Assembly (NCBI GenBank): GCA_038207085.1
Contig: JBBRAE010000003.1
Location: 108,383-172,382 of the forward strand
Reading direction: 5' to 3'
From: Armatimonadota bacterium
GTDB taxonomy: Bacteria; Armatimonadota; UBA5829; DTLH01
DNA: 64,000 nt
The notes beneath the pieces were generated by a model that worked only from the letters and a program-made list of their open reading frames with translations, had not been told where the DNA came from and searched no databases. Positions 10,058-19,838 of this stretch are shown piece after piece; the stretch's first letter is position 1; each line of letters starts with the position of its first letter. Position numbers and translations under genes: made by a program.

Positions 10058-10555
10058 CTAGAACTTGATCGCTCTACCGAGGAGCAGCCCGTTTTCACTG
10101 TTCATCGACCACTTCCCGCAGGTGTAGCCGAGTGCTGCGCCTGCGGCCACATCATGCCAATGGTGCTTGTCCAGATCGACCCGCGACCACCCCACCAGAC
10201 CCGCGAGGCCGTAGTAAATCCACTTGTGCTTGTGATCTTTCTCAGCAAGGGCCGATGCCGTCGCGAAGGCCATTGAAGTGTGCCCACTTGGAAAGCTCTT
10301 CGTGTCGCTGCCGTCGGGACGGTCCTCGTGGATCAGTTCTTTCAAGAGACAGGTCACCGCGACGGTGGTCAGCTGCGCATCAAATATGCGCGCGGACTCG
10401 GCTTTGCCGATGTGGGAGCCGCCGAGCGCGGGGAGCACCATCGCAAGGGCGAGGGTCGCGCGGGTGTTGTCGCTCACACCTTCAGCAAACGATGAACCGG
10501 CGTAGCTCACCCCGGAAATTGCCAGGATGAGCACCAGCAGAATTGTATTTCTCAT
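10058..10555 (-). CDS. PAP2-family phosphatase
   Basis: K-x6-RP (KELIHEDRP), SFPSGH and SRVDLDKHHWHDV motifs, hydrophobic N-terminus. Confidence 0.85.
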   Translation of the reverse strand: MRNTILLVLILAISGVSYAGSSFAEGVSDNTRATLALAMVLPALGGSHIGKAESARIFDAQLTTVAVTCLLKELIHEDRPDGSDTKSFPSGHTSMAFATASALAEKDHKHKWIYYGLAGLVGWSRVDLDKHHWHDVAAGAALGYTCGKWSMNSENGLLLGRAIKF

Positions 10556-10578
10556 AGGTATCAAAACACCTTTGGCTA

Positions 10579-11967
10579 TTACTTTGTGGCGATTTCCGAG
10601 TTCTTCGCCGACACGCTCCACAGCGCCGCGAGCAGGCTCTCACCTACCACCCGGATGTCCCCTGCCCCAAGCGTGATCACCATATCGCCGGGCCGAACCT
10701 CTGAAAGAAGCGCATCGGCGATCTCGGACTTGTCGGGCATATAGCGAACGACCGGACCCGTCACCATATCGGCGATCATCTTACCTGATATGCCTTCGAT
10801 CGGCTTCTCGCGCGCGGCGTAGACGTCGGTCACGACGACGATATCGGCAAGCGCGAGGCTTTCAGCAAACTCAGTAGCGAAGAACTTGGTGCGAGAGTAG
10901 AGATGCGGCTGGAAAACGGCGATCAGACGGCGCTTCCAACCAGATCGGGCCGCGGAAAGCGTCGCAAATATCTCGCGGGGGTGGTGTGCGTAGTCGTCGA
11001 CGATCATGATATCGTTCGGCGTCCCGAGAATCTCGAAGCGTCGGCCGGTGCCGGTGAACTTGGCGAGCGCTGAGCGGATGTGTTCAAAGCTCGCGCCGTA
11101 TTCGAAGCCTATAGCGGCTGCGGCGAGCGAGTTTGCAATGTTTTGGACGCCAGGAACGCCCAAAGTGATCCGTCCCAGACTCTCACCGTTTCGGACGAGG
11201 TCGTAGCTTGCCTGAGGAGAGTCTACATCGATGTTGGTCGCGCGCAGATCGGCTTCGCCTTCGGTCGAGTAGCTGACGGTGCGCTGGCTGACGCCTTTCA
11301 GGACGCCTCGCACGTTCTCGTCGTCGATGCAGGCTATTACAACGCCGTCGGGGTCTATATGGGAGAGAAACCCTTCAAAGCTCTCGATGATCTTCTCTAG
11401 TGTGCCGTGGAAATCCAGGTGATCTGCATCGATGTTGGTGATCGCCGCGACGCTTGGGCGCAGGTTCAGGAACGAATCAAACGCCTCACAGGCTTCAGTA
11501 ACAAATAGGGACGTGCTTCCGACGTGGGCGTTTCCGCCGATCGCCGCGAGGTCGCCTCCGATCAGCACTGTCGGGTCAAGACCCGCTTCAGAGAGCACCA
11601 GGCTCACCATAGAGGTCGTAGTGGTCTTGCCGTGCGTGCCAGTGATCGCGACGCGGTTCTTGTAATCGTCCATCAGCCGCCCGAGCATCTGCGCGCGGTC
11701 GATCGTGGGGATTCCCCGGCTCTCCGCAGAGGCGCGTTCGGGATTGTCCCTGGGGATCGCCGCAGAGTAGACGACAAGCGTCGCGCCGTCGAGATTTGCC
11801 GAGTCGTGACCGATCGCGACCCTGATCCCCTGCGACTCAAGCCGCTCCGTGGTGGTGGTCTTCTTCTGGTCGGAGCCCGAGACCGCAGCGCCACGCACAT
11901 GCATCACGTGCGCAATTGCGCTCATCCCCGCTCCGCCTATTCCTATAAAATGGAACCTTTCACACAT
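10579..11967 (-). CDS. murC: UDP-N-acetylmuramate--L-alanine ligase
   Basis: HFIGIGGAGMSAIA, GTHGKTTT, DDYAHHP and FQPHLYSRT motifs. Confidence 0.97.
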   Translation of the reverse strand: MCERFHFIGIGGAGMSAIAHVMHVRGAAVSGSDQKKTTTTERLESQGIRVAIGHDSANLDGATLVVYSAAIPRDNPERASAESRGIPTIDRAQMLGRLMDDYKNRVAITGTHGKTTTTSMVSLVLSEAGLDPTVLIGGDLAAIGGNAHVGSTSLFVTEACEAFDSFLNLRPSVAAITNIDADHLDFHGTLEKIIESFEGFLSHIDPDGVVIACIDDENVRGVLKGVSQRTVSYSTEGEADLRATNIDVDSPQASYDLVRNGESLGRITLGVPGVQNIANSLAAAAIGFEYGASFEHIRSALAKFTGTGRRFEILGTPNDIMIVDDYAHHPREIFATLSAARSGWKRRLIAVFQPHLYSRTKFFATEFAESLALADIVVVTDVYAAREKPIEGISGKMIADMVTGPVVRYMPDKSEIADALLSEVRPGDMVITLGAGDIRVVGESLLAALWSVSAKNSEIATK

Positions 11968-11990
11968 AAAGCTATTCGCTATTAGCCGTT

Positions 11991-12069
11991 AGCTCGCTTT
12001 ATTCGTAAAGCGAATAAAGCTCTCGCTAGCAAAGCATTATTCACGCTCCTCGTGAATAATGCAGGTTAG
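11991..12069. repeat. 79-bp double-hairpin dispersed repeat, copy 1
   Basis: GCTTTATTCG-n5-CGAATAAAGC plus GCATTATTCACG-n5-CGTGAATAATGC. 69/79 identical to 19839-19917 by manual alignment. Confidence 0.9.
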
Positions 12070-12072
12070 CAG

Positions 12073-13158
12073 CTAGCCAACGGATTGCGCTACCTCCTGG
12101 ATTATGTTTACTATTTCTTTTGCAGCGTCCGGTTTACCCAGCGATTTGCTCTTCTCGGCCATAACGGTGAGCTTCGCGGTGTCGGCGAAGAGTGAGAGAA
12201 TGAGGTCGGCGAGCCCGTCGGACGAAAGCGCACTCTCCATCATTATAGCAGCACCGCCGGCATTTGCCACAGCTTCTGCATTTTTTGTCTGATGATCGGC
12301 GTGCGCAAACGGGTATGGCACGAAAATCGCCGGGAGCCCACGCACTGTGATCTCAGCGATGGTCGACGCGCCGCTTCTCGATACGACCAGGTCTGACGCT
12401 GAGTACGCAGCCGACATGTCGTCCATATACGGCGCGACGACGTAACCCTTGGACTGGGGCCGCTTAGCCATCACGTCGCCGTAGTTTTTGGAGCCTGTCA
12501 GGTGAAGCACCTGGATGCCTCGCGCAAGGAGCCTAGGAGCCGCCTCGATCACCGAATCGTTCAGCCGCCGCGCACCCTGGCTTCCACCGGTTACTAGCAC
12601 GACGGGTTTATCAGGAGCTAGACCAAGCAACGCCCGCGCCTCGCGTTTGTCGACGCCCGTGACGATGGACGGCCGCACTGGAAGCCCCGTAAGCGACGTT
12701 TTCCCATCGGGGAAACTCGATGTCGAATCTTGAAATGTGACGCAGACCCGCTTTGCGATCTTGGCGAGTAGAAGGTTCGTCCTGCCTGGAACCGAGTTTT
12801 GTTCGTGAATGACCACGGGGAGCCCGCGAAGCTTCGCCGCGAGCAGGACGCCCGCGCTCGTATAGCCGCCGGTTCCAACTACCACATCGGGCCGGAACTC
12901 GCCGAGCAGAGAGAAGGCTTTCACCGTCCCGAGGGCGAGCTTCAACATCGACTTGGCGGTGCGAAGCGACATCCCCGTGACGGGCCCGCTTGGGACCGAC
13001 TTGAAGGGCACACCTTCAAGGCCCGCAAGCCTGCCTTCGGGGCCGTGCTGGCTACCGACGAACAGAAGTTCCGCGCCGCGTTCCCTTAGCTGCCGGGCGA
13101 TACTCAGTGCAGGATAGATATGCCCGCCTGTCCCGCCTCCTGTGACGACTACTCTCAT
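12073..13158 (-). CDS. murG: Lipid II GlcNAc transferase MurG
   Basis: TGGGTGGHIYP, HEQN, GGSQGA, SRSGAST and HQTKNA motifs. Confidence 0.96.
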   Translation of the reverse strand: MRVVVTGGGTGGHIYPALSIARQLRERGAELLFVGSQHGPEGRLAGLEGVPFKSVPSGPVTGMSLRTAKSMLKLALGTVKAFSLLGEFRPDVVVGTGGYTSAGVLLAAKLRGLPVVIHEQNSVPGRTNLLLAKIAKRVCVTFQDSTSSFPDGKTSLTGLPVRPSIVTGVDKREARALLGLAPDKPVVLVTGGSQGARRLNDSVIEAAPRLLARGIQVLHLTGSKNYGDVMAKRPQSKGYVVAPYMDDMSAAYSASDLVVSRSGASTIAEITVRGLPAIFVPYPFAHADHQTKNAEAVANAGGAAIMMESALSSDGLADLILSLFADTAKLTVMAEKSKSLGKPDAAKEIVNIIQEVAQSVG

Positions 13159-14281
13159 GTTCCCCCTGTTCGGGTTCCTCCATTTTCTCTTCTGTGTGAC
13201 GCGACACCGAAAGCACGATCCCGACGCCAAAGAGCATAATAATCAGGTGCGATCCGCCGTAACTGATGAACGGAAGCGGCACACCGGTCGCGGGGATGGA
13301 CGAGGTGATCACAGCTATGTTCACCAGCGCCTGAAACGCGATCATCGAAGTGATCCCAAGCGCGAGCAGGCTCATATACGGCGACTTCGCCTTGTGCGCA
13401 ATCGAAAGCCCGCGTGCGGCAAACCATACGAAAAGCCCAAGTAGCGCGACCATTCCGATGAACCCGAACTCCTCGCCAAGCGTCGCCCCTATCATATCGG
13501 TCTGAGGCGCGGGGATGTAGAACTTCTCCCGCCCCTCGCAAAACCCGAGCCCGCTGAAACCGCCCGTCGCAAGCGCGAAGAGCGAGTGGGAAATCTGATA
13601 CCCTCCACCGTTGTACGAAGCGAGCGGGTTGATAAACGACGCAAGCCTTGCAAGCCGGTAGGGCTCGACCGCGATCATCAACGCGCCAAGCGCTGCACCC
13701 ACGCCACCAAGCGCGAGCATATGCCGCTTCTTCACTCCTGCGACGAAGAGCATCACGGCGGTTGTGAGCGCGGCGACGGTCGCCGTCCCGAGGTCTTCGA
13801 TCACCACCAGCCCGACTATAAACACGATCGGGATAAGCGACCTTACGAGCCTTTCAGGGTTTCTGATGCGCAGACCCTTGTTGGCAAGCTCGTCGGCGAG
13901 GTAAAGTACGAGAGCGAGCTTTGCAACCTCGGAAGGCTGCAAGTGAAACGGGCCGATCGGAATCCAGCGCGACGAGCCCGCGATCGACTTGCCTATACCA
14001 GGGACCATTACAAACGCAAGGAGCAGCACAGAGCCCCACAAGAATGTCGTCGTAATCGTCCTGAAAAACTTGGGATGAAGGTTTGCGCCGAGCAGAAGAG
14101 CCAGCCCGCCGGCTACGGCATATATGACCTGCAGCTTGACGTAGTGCCACGCGTCGCCGGTCTTGAGGTCAGCGGCACGGGCGAAGCTTGAGTCAAAAAC
14201 AAGCCACACACCTACCACGACAAGAACCATCGTGAGAGTCAGGAACAGATAGTCAAACGACTGCTTTCGGCGGTTGTTCAT
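13052..14281 (-). CDS. ftsW: SEDS peptidoglycan polymerase FtsW
   Basis: SRWIPIGPFHLQPSEVAK, GEEFGF and TGVPLPFISYGGS motifs, dcw position. Confidence 0.93.
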   Translation of the reverse strand: MNNRRKQSFDYLFLTLTMVLVVVGVWLVFDSSFARAADLKTGDAWHYVKLQVIYAVAGGLALLLGANLHPKFFRTITTTFLWGSVLLLAFVMVPGIGKSIAGSSRWIPIGPFHLQPSEVAKLALVLYLADELANKGLRIRNPERLVRSLIPIVFIVGLVVIEDLGTATVAALTTAVMLFVAGVKKRHMLALGGVGAALGALMIAVEPYRLARLASFINPLASYNGGGYQISHSLFALATGGFSGLGFCEGREKFYIPAPQTDMIGATLGEEFGFIGMVALLGLFVWFAARGLSIAHKAKSPYMSLLALGITSMIAFQALVNIAVITSSIPATGVPLPFISYGGSHLIIMLFGVGIVLSVSRHTEEKMEEPEQGEHESSRHRRRDRRAYLSCTEYRPAAKGTRRGTSVRR

Positions 14282-15673
14282 CTAATCACCTTGCCCTGTA
14301 GAGGCTCTATGTCGGACTGCGGCCTTGAAGACCTCGCCTCTCTCCTCGAAATTCCTGAACATATCAAAGCTCGCACAGCCCGGCGCAAGCATCACCGTGT
14401 CCCCGGACTCCGCGACAAGCGATGCCTTGGCGACGGCGTCGTTCATATCTGCAGCGTGCGTGATGTCGCCAAACCCGGTCGCGCGAACGGCCTCTTCGAT
14501 CTCATCCACGCTTGCGCCGATCAGAACGAGGTGCTTTGCCCGCGAGCTTACGACCTCGGCAAGCGGTGAGAGGTCCCCACCCTTGTGCTTGCCGCCCGCG
14601 ATCACGACGGGACGACCATTGACGGCCTCAACCGATCGGACGAACGCTTCCACATTGGTACACATCGAGTTGTTGATGTAGTCTACGCCGCCGATCTTCG
14701 CGACCCACTCCATCCTGTGGACGACTCCAGTGAACTCATGGAGCGCCTTTTGTATGCTCTCAGGCCTCACGCCAAAGGCAATCGCGCCGAGACATGCGGC
14801 CAAAACGTTCTCCTGGTTGTGCTCGCCGGGGAGCCTTATGTCGGTGATCGAACACGCGACGGTCTCGGTGTCCCCGATTCGGACCACAACTCGCTCCCCA
14901 TCGATAAACGCCCCATGCTCCACATTCTCTTTACGCGAAAAGTAGAGCTTGTGTCCGCCGACGTCTTCGGTGCGGGAGCGGACGGGTTCGTTGTCCAGAT
15001 TGATGACGGAGTAGTCTTCACCGGTCTGGTGCTCGAAGATTCTCACCTTGAGCGCGGCGTATTCTTCCTGGGTGTGGCGGTCGATGTGGTCGGCGCCGAT
15101 GTTCAGGAGCATCGCGACTTTCGGCTTGAAGCTCGTGATCCACTCCAGCTGAAAGGTGCTGATCTCAGCGACGATGACGCCGTCTGCAGAAGCTTTGTGT
15201 GCGGCAGTCACGAGAGGCACACCGATATCCCCCGCAGCGACGTTTCCGGCGATGTACGCCTCGCGCCCATCGGCCTGGAGCATCCGGCCCGTAAGCACTG
15301 TGGTCGTCGTCTTGCCGTTGGTGCCGGTGATTGCGATAATCGGGGCTTTTGCGATTCTGTAGGCAAGCTCGATCTCTGAGACAACTTCGACCCCTCGTGC
15401 AACGGCGTCTTTGAACATGTGCGCCGTCGCTGGAACGCCGGGGCTTGGGATCAATAGATCGATGCCGTCGAAGTCAACGCCCGGATGCCCCACCCGCGCC
15501 TCAACGCCGAGGCGCTTGGCCTCGCCGAGTTCGCGCCCGAGCTCGTGTGGGTTCTTTCGGTCAAAGAGTATGGGGGTCGCGCCAAGGTCTACTAGCACGC
15601 GTGCGCATGCCATGCCCGTTCGTGCCATGCCGACTACGGCGATTGTTTTTTCACTCAAACTGGACTCTGTCAA
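14282..15673 (-). CDS. murD: UDP-MurNAc-L-Ala--D-glutamate ligase
   Basis: SPGVP, ITGTNGKTTTT, EISTFQL and APGCASFDMFRNFEERG motifs. Probable TTG start overlaps the mraY stop. Confidence 0.95.
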   Translation of the reverse strand: MTESSLSEKTIAVVGMARTGMACARVLVDLGATPILFDRKNPHELGRELGEAKRLGVEARVGHPGVDFDGIDLLIPSPGVPATAHMFKDAVARGVEVVSEIELAYRIAKAPIIAITGTNGKTTTTVLTGRMLQADGREAYIAGNVAAGDIGVPLVTAAHKASADGVIVAEISTFQLEWITSFKPKVAMLLNIGADHIDRHTQEEYAALKVRIFEHQTGEDYSVINLDNEPVRSRTEDVGGHKLYFSRKENVEHGAFIDGERVVVRIGDTETVACSITDIRLPGEHNQENVLAACLGAIAFGVRPESIQKALHEFTGVVHRMEWVAKIGGVDYINNSMCTNVEAFVRSVEAVNGRPVVIAGGKHKGGDLSPLAEVVSSRAKHLVLIGASVDEIEEAVRATGFGDITHAADMNDAVAKASLVAESGDTVMLAPGCASFDMFRNFEERGEVFKAAVRHRASTGQGD

Positions 15674-16686
15674 TGATATCCCCAATTCCAATACAGAAGC
15701 GCAATCGCGGCAAAGACTACGCCTGCGATCCAGAATCTTACTACAACCGTCTGCTCGGGCCAACCCGAGAGCTCAAAGTGATGATGAACCGGACTCATCT
15801 TAAAGACACGTCTGCCGGTGCCTGTTCTGATCCGGGTATACTTAAAGACCGCCCATTGAAGAGCCGAAGAGAGACCATCGAGGATAAAGACCATCCCAGC
15901 GATGATCAACACAACCTCAAACTTGCCAACAATAGCCAACGCCGGAAAGATGACGCCGAGCGCAAGCGAGCCGGTGTCCCCCATAAAGACTTTCGCCGGT
16001 TTGAAGTTATACCAAAGAAACCCAAGACACGCTCCCGCAATAGCCGGAAACATCATGCCATAGGCACTAAGTGTAAGCCCTGCGGTAAAAAACAGCGCTA
16101 TCGCCAGAATGGCGGCAAGGCCTGCGGCAAGGCCGTCGAGGCCGTCGGTGATGTTGACGAAGTTCGCCATCCCCGTGATAAACAGCACTGCAAGCGGCGC
16201 ATACGCCCAACCTAGATCCACCCGCAGGCCTCTTCCGAGTTCGACTACGGTGTTCATCTGCCCCGTCGAGGCAAGATAGGCGACGAAACCGACAGCGGCG
16301 ATCAACTGCAGCAGAAACTTCGGTTTGCTCCCGATGCCGCGCCTGCCGTTCCTGGGCCGGATGGTCAGCCAGTCGTCCGCCGCGCCAAGAAGCGCGTACA
16401 CCAGAACAAGGGCAACAACTGCGTCATAGGGGGTGAAGCCGCCAAAACCGCCAGGTCTCATAAATAGCACGCGATTAGTGACTACGGGAATGAAAAAGCC
16501 GATCAGGATGATGATGCCACCCATTGCCGGAGTCCCGGCCTTTGAAGCGTGCGACTCTGGTCCCTCGCTCTGAATCACCTGACCAGCTTTCGCGCGCCTG
16601 AGCCGGGCAATGACCAAAGGGCCGACTGCAAGCGATATCACAAATGCAACGATGAATATAAACGAATAGAACGCCAGCCCCATCAC
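15670..16686 (-). CDS. mraY: Phospho-MurNAc-pentapeptide transferase
   Basis: KAGTPAMGG, NFVNITDGLDGLA, VFMGDTGS and PVHHHFEL motifs. Confidence 0.97.
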   Translation of the reverse strand: MMGLAFYSFIFIVAFVISLAVGPLVIARLRRAKAGQVIQSEGPESHASKAGTPAMGGIIILIGFFIPVVTNRVLFMRPGGFGGFTPYDAVVALVLVYALLGAADDWLTIRPRNGRRGIGSKPKFLLQLIAAVGFVAYLASTGQMNTVVELGRGLRVDLGWAYAPLAVLFITGMANFVNITDGLDGLAAGLAAILAIALFFTAGLTLSAYGMMFPAIAGACLGFLWYNFKPAKVFMGDTGSLALGVIFPALAIVGKFEVVLIIAGMVFILDGLSSALQWAVFKYTRIRTGTGRRVFKMSPVHHHFELSGWPEQTVVVRFWIAGVVFAAIALLYWNWGYH

Positions 16687-18041
16687 TTGAGCGCCTCCAC
16701 GACTTTTTCCATCTTCATCCCGCGCGAGCCCTTCACAAGCACCAAATCCCCAGACTGAACACGAGTCTTTAGCAGTTCAGCCGCATCGTCGCTCGTCTTG
16801 ACCTGCACGATCTCGCCCGTAAAGCCAGATGTATGCGCGCCTGTTGCGATCGCCTGACCGAGGTCGCCCACGGTCACGAGCACCGATATCCCGGACTCTG
16901 CCGCGACTTTGCCGACTGCGCGGTGCGTCGTCCCGGCGAAGTCACCGAGCTCGAGCATGTCGCCGAGCACTGCTATTCGACGCTGTGCGTCCATCGAGGC
17001 CAGGGTGCGAAGGGCGGCGTCCATCGAGGCGGGACTTGCGTTGTAGGTGTCGTCGATTATCCGGTAGCCGCCTGCAGTCTCGACCACGTTTGCGCGCTTG
17101 TCGCTTGCGGTCATCGACTCAAGCGCCGAAGCGATCTCTCCCGCCGTCATGCCGAAACACAGGCCGACCGATATTGCGGCAAGCGCGTTTGTGACCATAT
17201 GATCGCCGGGAAGCGGCAGATGAACGTCGAAACGCACGCCTCCGATGATGCCGGTGAAACTGGCGCAGCCGTCGGCGTCGATTGTCACGTTCTCCGCGCG
17301 CACATCGCCCGAGGCTCTGCCGTAGGATATTACCTGCGCGGCGCTTTTGTTCTTCAGTCGCTCAAAATACTTGTCATCGGCGTTCAAGACCGCAATGCCA
17401 TCGATTGGAAGCGCCTCGGCAAGCTCGCCCTTGGCGTCTGCGATGGCGTCCTGCGTCTCAAGCCGCTCGATGTGCGAGAGTCCGATGTTTGTTATCACAC
17501 CGATCTCGGGGTGGACGATATTGGCAAGCTCAGCAATCTCACCGGGCAGGCGCATCCCGACTTCCTGGACGAGTATCTGGTGTTCGTCGTTGAGTTGGAA
17601 GATCGTAAAAGGCACCCCGATTTCGTTGTTGAAGTTCCCCTCGTTCTTCAGCACGCAGAACTTGCTCCCGAGGACCGATGCGACCATCTCCTTGGTCGTC
17701 GTCTTACCGACGCTGCCGGTGATCGCGACGGAGCGCACGTTGAACGTGCGTCGATACCATGCCGCGAGGTTACCGAGCGCGACCAGAGTGTCATCGACCT
17801 TGATGATACTGCCGCGCGCATCGACTTCCCGCGACACGACGACTGCTCGAGCGCCCTTCTGAAAGGCAAGTGCGACGTAGTTGTGCCCGTCGCTGTTCTC
17901 GCCGACAAGTGCGAAGAACAGGTCGCCTTGTGCAATCGTGCGGGAGTCGGTGGAGATCCCCGTGATCTCGCCGGCAGACTCGCCCATAACCAGTTCGCCG
18001 CCCATCGCGGCTATAGCGTCAGTCAGTGATATACGTTTCAT
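16683..18041 (-). CDS. murF: UDP-MurNAc-tripeptide--D-Ala-D-Ala ligase
   Basis: ITGSVGKTTTKEM, NNEIGVP, DDTYNASP, GDMLELG and LVKGSRGM motifs. Confidence 0.96.
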   Translation of the reverse strand: MKRISLTDAIAAMGGELVMGESAGEITGISTDSRTIAQGDLFFALVGENSDGHNYVALAFQKGARAVVVSREVDARGSIIKVDDTLVALGNLAAWYRRTFNVRSVAITGSVGKTTTKEMVASVLGSKFCVLKNEGNFNNEIGVPFTIFQLNDEHQILVQEVGMRLPGEIAELANIVHPEIGVITNIGLSHIERLETQDAIADAKGELAEALPIDGIAVLNADDKYFERLKNKSAAQVISYGRASGDVRAENVTIDADGCASFTGIIGGVRFDVHLPLPGDHMVTNALAAISVGLCFGMTAGEIASALESMTASDKRANVVETAGGYRIIDDTYNASPASMDAALRTLASMDAQRRIAVLGDMLELGDFAGTTHRAVGKVAAESGISVLVTVGDLGQAIATGAHTSGFTGEIVQVKTSDDAAELLKTRVQSGDLVLVKGSRGMKMEKVVEALK

Positions 18042-18057
18042 AACAGTTGTCAGTTTG

Positions 18058-18202
18058 TCAGATCCCCGATCGTTCGGGAGATTGCTCCCGAATGCAAAGA
18101 ACAACGAGGACTTAAGTCCGGTGAGTCGACTTTAACCGACTGAGCGGGAGTGAACTCCCTTGCTGTTCTTTGTGTGCGCGATACACATCGCGCACGATCT
18201 GA
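18058..18202 (-). ncRNA. Candidate structured RNA (nested multibranch) between murE and murF
   Basis: Seven mutually compatible helices found by eye, two with G-U pairs on the minus strand. No family recognised. Confidence 0.5.
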
Positions 18203-18212
18203 TAGCTGAAAT

Positions 18213-19679
18213 CTATTTGACTCTCTTCCGTGCCTCAAGAACGTCCCTCGCGACCTCTCGGTCGTCGAAGTGGATCGTCTTGTCGGCGAAAATCTGATAG
18301 TTCTCGTGGCCCTTGCCGGCGATAACTACAATGTCGCCCTGCTCGGCTGAGCGTATCGCGTGGACAATGGCTTCGCGGCGGTCGACAATGACCTCGGGGC
18401 GGCTCTCAAGCGCGATTCCATCCAGAATATCTCGAATGATCGCCTCGGGCTCTTCTTTTCGGGGGTTGTCGCTTGTGACGATCACCATATCGGCGAGGTC
18501 GGAGGCGATCTTGCCCATTTTCGGTCGCTTGCCCCGGTCGCGGTTGCCTCCGCAGCCGAAGACGACTATCAAACGGTTCTTTGTCAGGCTCTTTGCGGTT
18601 CTGAGCACGTTTTCAAGGCCGTCCGGGCTGTGCGCGTAGTCTACTACCACGCCAAAGTCCTGACCGCAGTCGACCGATTCGAAGCGTCCGACGACTTTGG
18701 GGCTCATGGCGAGGCCCTGGACAATCGTTACGAGGTCGATACCAAGCCCAAGGCACGCCGCAGCAGCCGAAAGGCCGTTGTAGGCGTTGAAATAGCCGCC
18801 AACAGGCACATACGCCCGCTCGGAGACTCCCCTGTAGGTAATATCGAGCGATACGCCCGACTCGCTTACCTCGATCTCTGAACCCATAACATCGGCAGGA
18901 GAATTGATGCCGTAGGTGATGACCTCGCCAACGGTCGCGTCGATCACGGCCTGAGCGTAGGGGTCGTCGACGTTCACGGCGGCGACGAAACGCTTGCTTG
19001 AAAGCTTGGGATACTCTGAAAAAAGTGTGAGCTTGGTTGCAAAATAGTCTTCGAGCGTGCCGTGGAAATCGAGGTGGTCCTGGGTGAGGTTCGTAAAGAC
19101 ACCGCAGTCGAACTCACAGCCCGCTGTGCGCCCCTGCGCGAGCCCGTGGGAGGAGACCTCCATCGCGACGGCATCGACGCCACGGTCGACCATCTCGGCT
19201 AATACCTGCTGCAGGTCGGCTGACTCAGGGGTCGTGTGATCGGTCGGGAGGATCTCGTCTTCTATGCGAGTCCCGAGCGTTCCGACGAGCCCCGCCATGT
19301 TGCCCGCCGCGCGGAAGATGCTTTGGATCAGGTGGGTGGCGGTCGTCTTGCCGTTGGTGCCGGTGACGCCGACCATCATCATCTTGCGGGTGGGATAATT
19401 GTAAAACCTTGCGGCAAGCTGGGGAAGCGCCTCGCGTCCGTTTGGAACGACTACAAAAGGCACATCAGCATCAATCTCACGCTCGGATACGATGGCCGCA
19501 GCGCCATTTGCAACGGCGTCTGCGATGAACTCGTGTCCGTCAAATGTCCCCCCGCAGAACGCTACAAAGAGCATTCCCGGCGCAACTTTTCGGGAATCGT
19601 AAGCGACTCCCGTGATCTCCACATCGTCGCCGCTCAATCTGGAAGCCCCGAGGGTTTCTATCAAATAAGACAAATGCAT
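18213..19679 (-). CDS. murE: UDP-MurNAc-dipeptide--meso-DAP ligase
   Basis: GVTGTNGKTT, MEVSSH, DYAHSPD and DNPR (mDAP-type) motifs. Confidence 0.96.
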   Translation of the reverse strand: MHLSYLIETLGASRLSGDDVEITGVAYDSRKVAPGMLFVAFCGGTFDGHEFIADAVANGAAAIVSEREIDADVPFVVVPNGREALPQLAARFYNYPTRKMMMVGVTGTNGKTTATHLIQSIFRAAGNMAGLVGTLGTRIEDEILPTDHTTPESADLQQVLAEMVDRGVDAVAMEVSSHGLAQGRTAGCEFDCGVFTNLTQDHLDFHGTLEDYFATKLTLFSEYPKLSSKRFVAAVNVDDPYAQAVIDATVGEVITYGINSPADVMGSEIEVSESGVSLDITYRGVSERAYVPVGGYFNAYNGLSAAAACLGLGIDLVTIVQGLAMSPKVVGRFESVDCGQDFGVVVDYAHSPDGLENVLRTAKSLTKNRLIVVFGCGGNRDRGKRPKMGKIASDLADMVIVTSDNPRKEEPEAIIRDILDGIALESRPEVIVDRREAIVHAIRSAEQGDIVVIAGKGHENYQIFADKTIHFDDREVARDVLEARKRVK

Positions 19680-19838
19680 GGTTCTGTTGCTCTCGTAAAT
19701 TATACTACCTATTGTGGAGACACCAAACGCCAAAAAGAAAAGGGGGCCGCACAGCACAGATAGGACTCGCCCAAAATTCCTAATTCCGGCACGCGCACGG
19801 CCCCAAGCTTCAATTCTACAGTCGCAATTCTGTTCTTC

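Noticed and set aside
13052..13158. Long gene overlaps (ftsW/murG 107 nt, also rplP/rpmC and mraZ/rsmH) as programmed frameshifts
   Set aside because: Each downstream gene has its own start codon and the overlapping tails lie beyond the conserved domains. No slippery site was identified
16833..18029. 398-aa plus-strand ORF, and similar long antisense ORFs at 994-2010, 21168-22340, 27709-29163, 45456-46649 and 59061-60578
   Set aside because: They lie antisense to well-supported conserved genes, lack family motifs and are expected shadows of GC-rich codon usage
18058..18202. tRNA, hammerhead or group I/II intron identity for the murE-murF structure
   Set aside because: No TTCRA loop or CCA end, no CUGANGA/GAAA core and no intron boundary or domain V motif visible. 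Kept as an unassigned structure
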